DNA of 25,421 nucleotides from Methanobacteriota archaeon (GTDB taxonomy: Archaea > Thermoplasmatota > Poseidoniia > Poseidoniales > Poseidoniaceae): positions 1-25,421 of the forward strand of contig JABIGM010000043.1 of assembly GCA_018650165.1 (NCBI GenBank). The letters are read 5' to 3'. The notes beneath the pieces are model-generated. The model was not told the origin of the DNA. It ran no database searches and was given only the letters and a program-made list of their open reading frames with translations. A program made the translations under genes and the position numbers. Of this stretch, positions 23,517 to 25,421 are shown piece by piece; the stretch's first letter is position 1; each line of letters starts with the position of its first letter.

Positions 23517-25418
23517 ATGCCCGCGAAAGAAATGGCTTGGCCAAAACAACCTTCAGACAGACAATGGGTTAAACCAGAGGGTGATGATCCACGAACTTTG
23601 TATCAAATGCTGATGGTAAGTCAAGAGATGTTTGGCGGCGAACCTTGTATTGGATACATACCTGGCCCGGAAAGTCCTAGGGTACACCTTTCCTACAACC
23701 AATTTGGAGATTTATCTACCCAAGTTGCCAAGGGTTTGCGAAACATTGGTGTTGAGAAGGGTGACCGAGTTGCTATCATTCTTGACAATTCATTCCAGTG
23801 GGCGGCGCTGTCATATGGAGCAAATGCACTAGGCGCTGCTTACACTGCAATGTACACCCACCAGCATGGAAAGGATTGGGCTTTCATTCTTGAAGATGCA
23901 ACTCCAAAAGTAGTTGCTGTTCAGAATACTGAAGTTCTAGATAAGTTGTGTGATGCACTTCCTGATGATGGATGGCCTGCATCCGGAGTCATTCTACTAG
24001 GAGATGAACCTGCAAACCAGTTACCTCCAGAAGGTGTTGAAGTCCGTTCTTGGATGGAATTCACGCAAGAGGGTAGAGCAAGCGCTGACCTAGAGGAAAT
24101 CGCAGATGACCCAAGTGCTCTATCCACTTTGATTTACACATCTGGAACAACTGGTAATCCGAAGGGAGTAATGCTGTCTAACTGGAACACTTTGTCTAAC
24201 GTACTATGTGTTCAAGGGGTATTCGAATTGTATCCTGGTGACAAGAACGCTGCGTTCTTGCCTTGGGCTCACTCATTCGGTTCTACATTCGATCTACACT
24301 GGATGCTGCGAATGGGAGTTCACATCAATCTGATTTCCGACCTAACAAAGATTGCAGATGAATGTATTGAAATCAAGCCTGCCGCACTATTGGCAGTTCC
24401 TCGTGTCTGGAACAAGTTCTATGACCGTGTAAACAGTCAGTTCGAAAGCGCAACTGGATTGAAGAAAATGTTTGTTGGAAAAGCACAAAAGTCTGCAGAA
24501 AAGAGAATCGCAAAGGCTGGAGTCGAGTGTGACTCAGTAACTCCAAATGGCTTCTTCGACAAGTTATGGGATAAGCTGGTTTGGAAGAAAGTACGTGCAC
24601 GATTCGGTGGAAACATTCGTTTCTGTATGTCTGGTGCTGCTGCACTTTCACCCGATGTTGCTGGATTCGTTCAGAAAGTCGGATTCAACTGCTATGAAGG
24701 ATATGGACTTACTGAGACCAGCCCGCTTGTATCTGCAAACGGATGGATGGGTAAGGGGAAATCTCGCCTAAACACAGTAGGAATGCCAGCAAATGGTGTC
24801 CGTGTTGAAATCGATAAGAGTGCATGGGACGACCCAGACCGACCTGATGAAGGAGAAGTTGTAGTATACGGACCTAACGTCATGCAAGGTTACTGGAACT
24901 TACCAGAGGCTACTGCTGAAGTGATGACTGACGATGGTGGATTCAGAACTGGTGACTTAGGAAAGATGGTTGACGGATACCTATCTATCACTGGACGAGT
25001 TAAGAGCCAATTCAAGTTAGAAAATGGAAAGTATGTCTCTCCTGCACCTCTTGAAGAGAATCTCAAACTCAGCCCACTTGTAGAACAGTGTGTTCTTGAT
25101 GGACGCAACATGAGAAATACATACCTAATCGTTCATCCTGCAGCAAGTGCACTAAGAAAAGCAGCAAGCGCTGCTGGTGTAGCTGTTCCTGAAGACAATG
25201 TTGCTATGTGTAATGATGAAGGAGTCAAGACTTGGTTCCTATCTGAATTGAGAGCAAAGAACATGCTTGAGCCTAAGTGGAAAGGATACGAAACCGCACG
25301 TAATATCATTCTAGACCCAGAAGAGTGGACAGTTGACAATGACATGATGACACCATCACTGAAGGTCAAACTACGAAACCTTCTGACCCATCACGAAGAA
25401 GCGATCAATTCACTTTGA
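23517..25418 (+). CDS. fadD: Long-chain fatty-acid--CoA ligase (AMP-binding, FadD15/ACSBG-like)
   Basis: YTSGTTGNPKGV, YEGYGLTETSP, FRTGDLG, ITGRVKSQFKLENGKYVSP and TPSLKVK. The start is probably ATG 23517, because the track's 23448 overlaps SMUG1 and TTGATA lies 25-30 nt upstream of 23517. Confidence 0.93.
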   Translation: MPAKEMAWPKQPSDRQWVKPEGDDPRTLYQMLMVSQEMFGGEPCIGYIPGPESPRVHLSYNQFGDLSTQVAKGLRNIGVEKGDRVAIILDNSFQWAALSYGANALGAAYTAMYTHQHGKDWAFILEDATPKVVAVQNTEVLDKLCDALPDDGWPASGVILLGDEPANQLPPEGVEVRSWMEFTQEGRASADLEEIADDPSALSTLIYTSGTTGNPKGVMLSNWNTLSNVLCVQGVFELYPGDKNAAFLPWAHSFGSTFDLHWMLRMGVHINLISDLTKIADECIEIKPAALLAVPRVWNKFYDRVNSQFESATGLKKMFVGKAQKSAEKRIAKAGVECDSVTPNGFFDKLWDKLVWKKVRARFGGNIRFCMSGAAALSPDVAGFVQKVGFNCYEGYGLTETSPLVSANGWMGKGKSRLNTVGMPANGVRVEIDKSAWDDPDRPDEGEVVVYGPNVMQGYWNLPEATAEVMTDDGGFRTGDLGKMVDGYLSITGRVKSQFKLENGKYVSPAPLEENLKLSPLVEQCVLDGRNMRNTYLIVHPAASALRKAASAAGVAVPEDNVAMCNDEGVKTWFLSELRAKNMLEPKWKGYETARNIILDPEEWTVDNDMMTPSLKVKLRNLLTHHEEAINSL

Positions 25419-25421
25419 TGC

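Noticed and set aside
1-25421. CRISPR array, tRNA/rRNA, transposase, integrase or prophage
   Set aside because: No regularly spaced direct repeats, cloverleaf or mobile-element motifs were seen, and the intergenic gaps are short (about 120 nt or less).

Overview
A gene-dense archaeal housekeeping window. Gene content (Csl4, NMD3, METTL5-like methyltransferase, COG1031 radical SAM, archaeal-type Asd, a giant CARDB-like S8 protease) points to a marine Thermoplasmatota, probably Marine Group II / Ca. Poseidoniales; this assignment is inference. I call 20 CDS. In order: glmS (5' part only, absent from the ORF track), a 1627-aa membrane-anchored subtilase, a rhomboid protease, a probable CcmA-CcmB fusion, ccmC, a 49-aa ccmD (absent from the ORF track), nmd3, a bifunctional PGI/PMI, an M23 peptidase, a GT-C-like membrane protein, a GT2, asd, a hypothetical protein, a Gln-rich zinc-ribbon protein, a METTL5-like methyltransferase, Csl4 fused to two RRM domains, a radical SAM-HhH enzyme, a bacterial-type HMG-CoA synthase, a SMUG1 uracil-DNA glycosylase and a long-chain acyl-CoA ligase. 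I found no rRNA, tRNA, CRISPR array or mobile element. The most notable observations are: (1) an exosome cap subunit Csl4 fused to tandem eukaryote-like RRMs, inside a METTL5-csl4-radical SAM RNA-metabolism cluster; (2) a rhomboid next to a single-pass subtilase whose TM helix carries a rhomboid-type cleavage motif and whose cytoplasmic tail has LPPLP repeats and a Zn ribbon; (3) four intergenic CCC-NNN-GGG perfect palindromes, three with the C-GDA-G mini-hairpin loop; (4) a non-canonical TATA-like hexamer (TTSAWN) about 22-33 nt upstream of most transcription-unit starts; (5) a ccmAB-C-D set with no ccmE/F in view. All family calls come from motif recognition by eye and none was confirmed by a database search.
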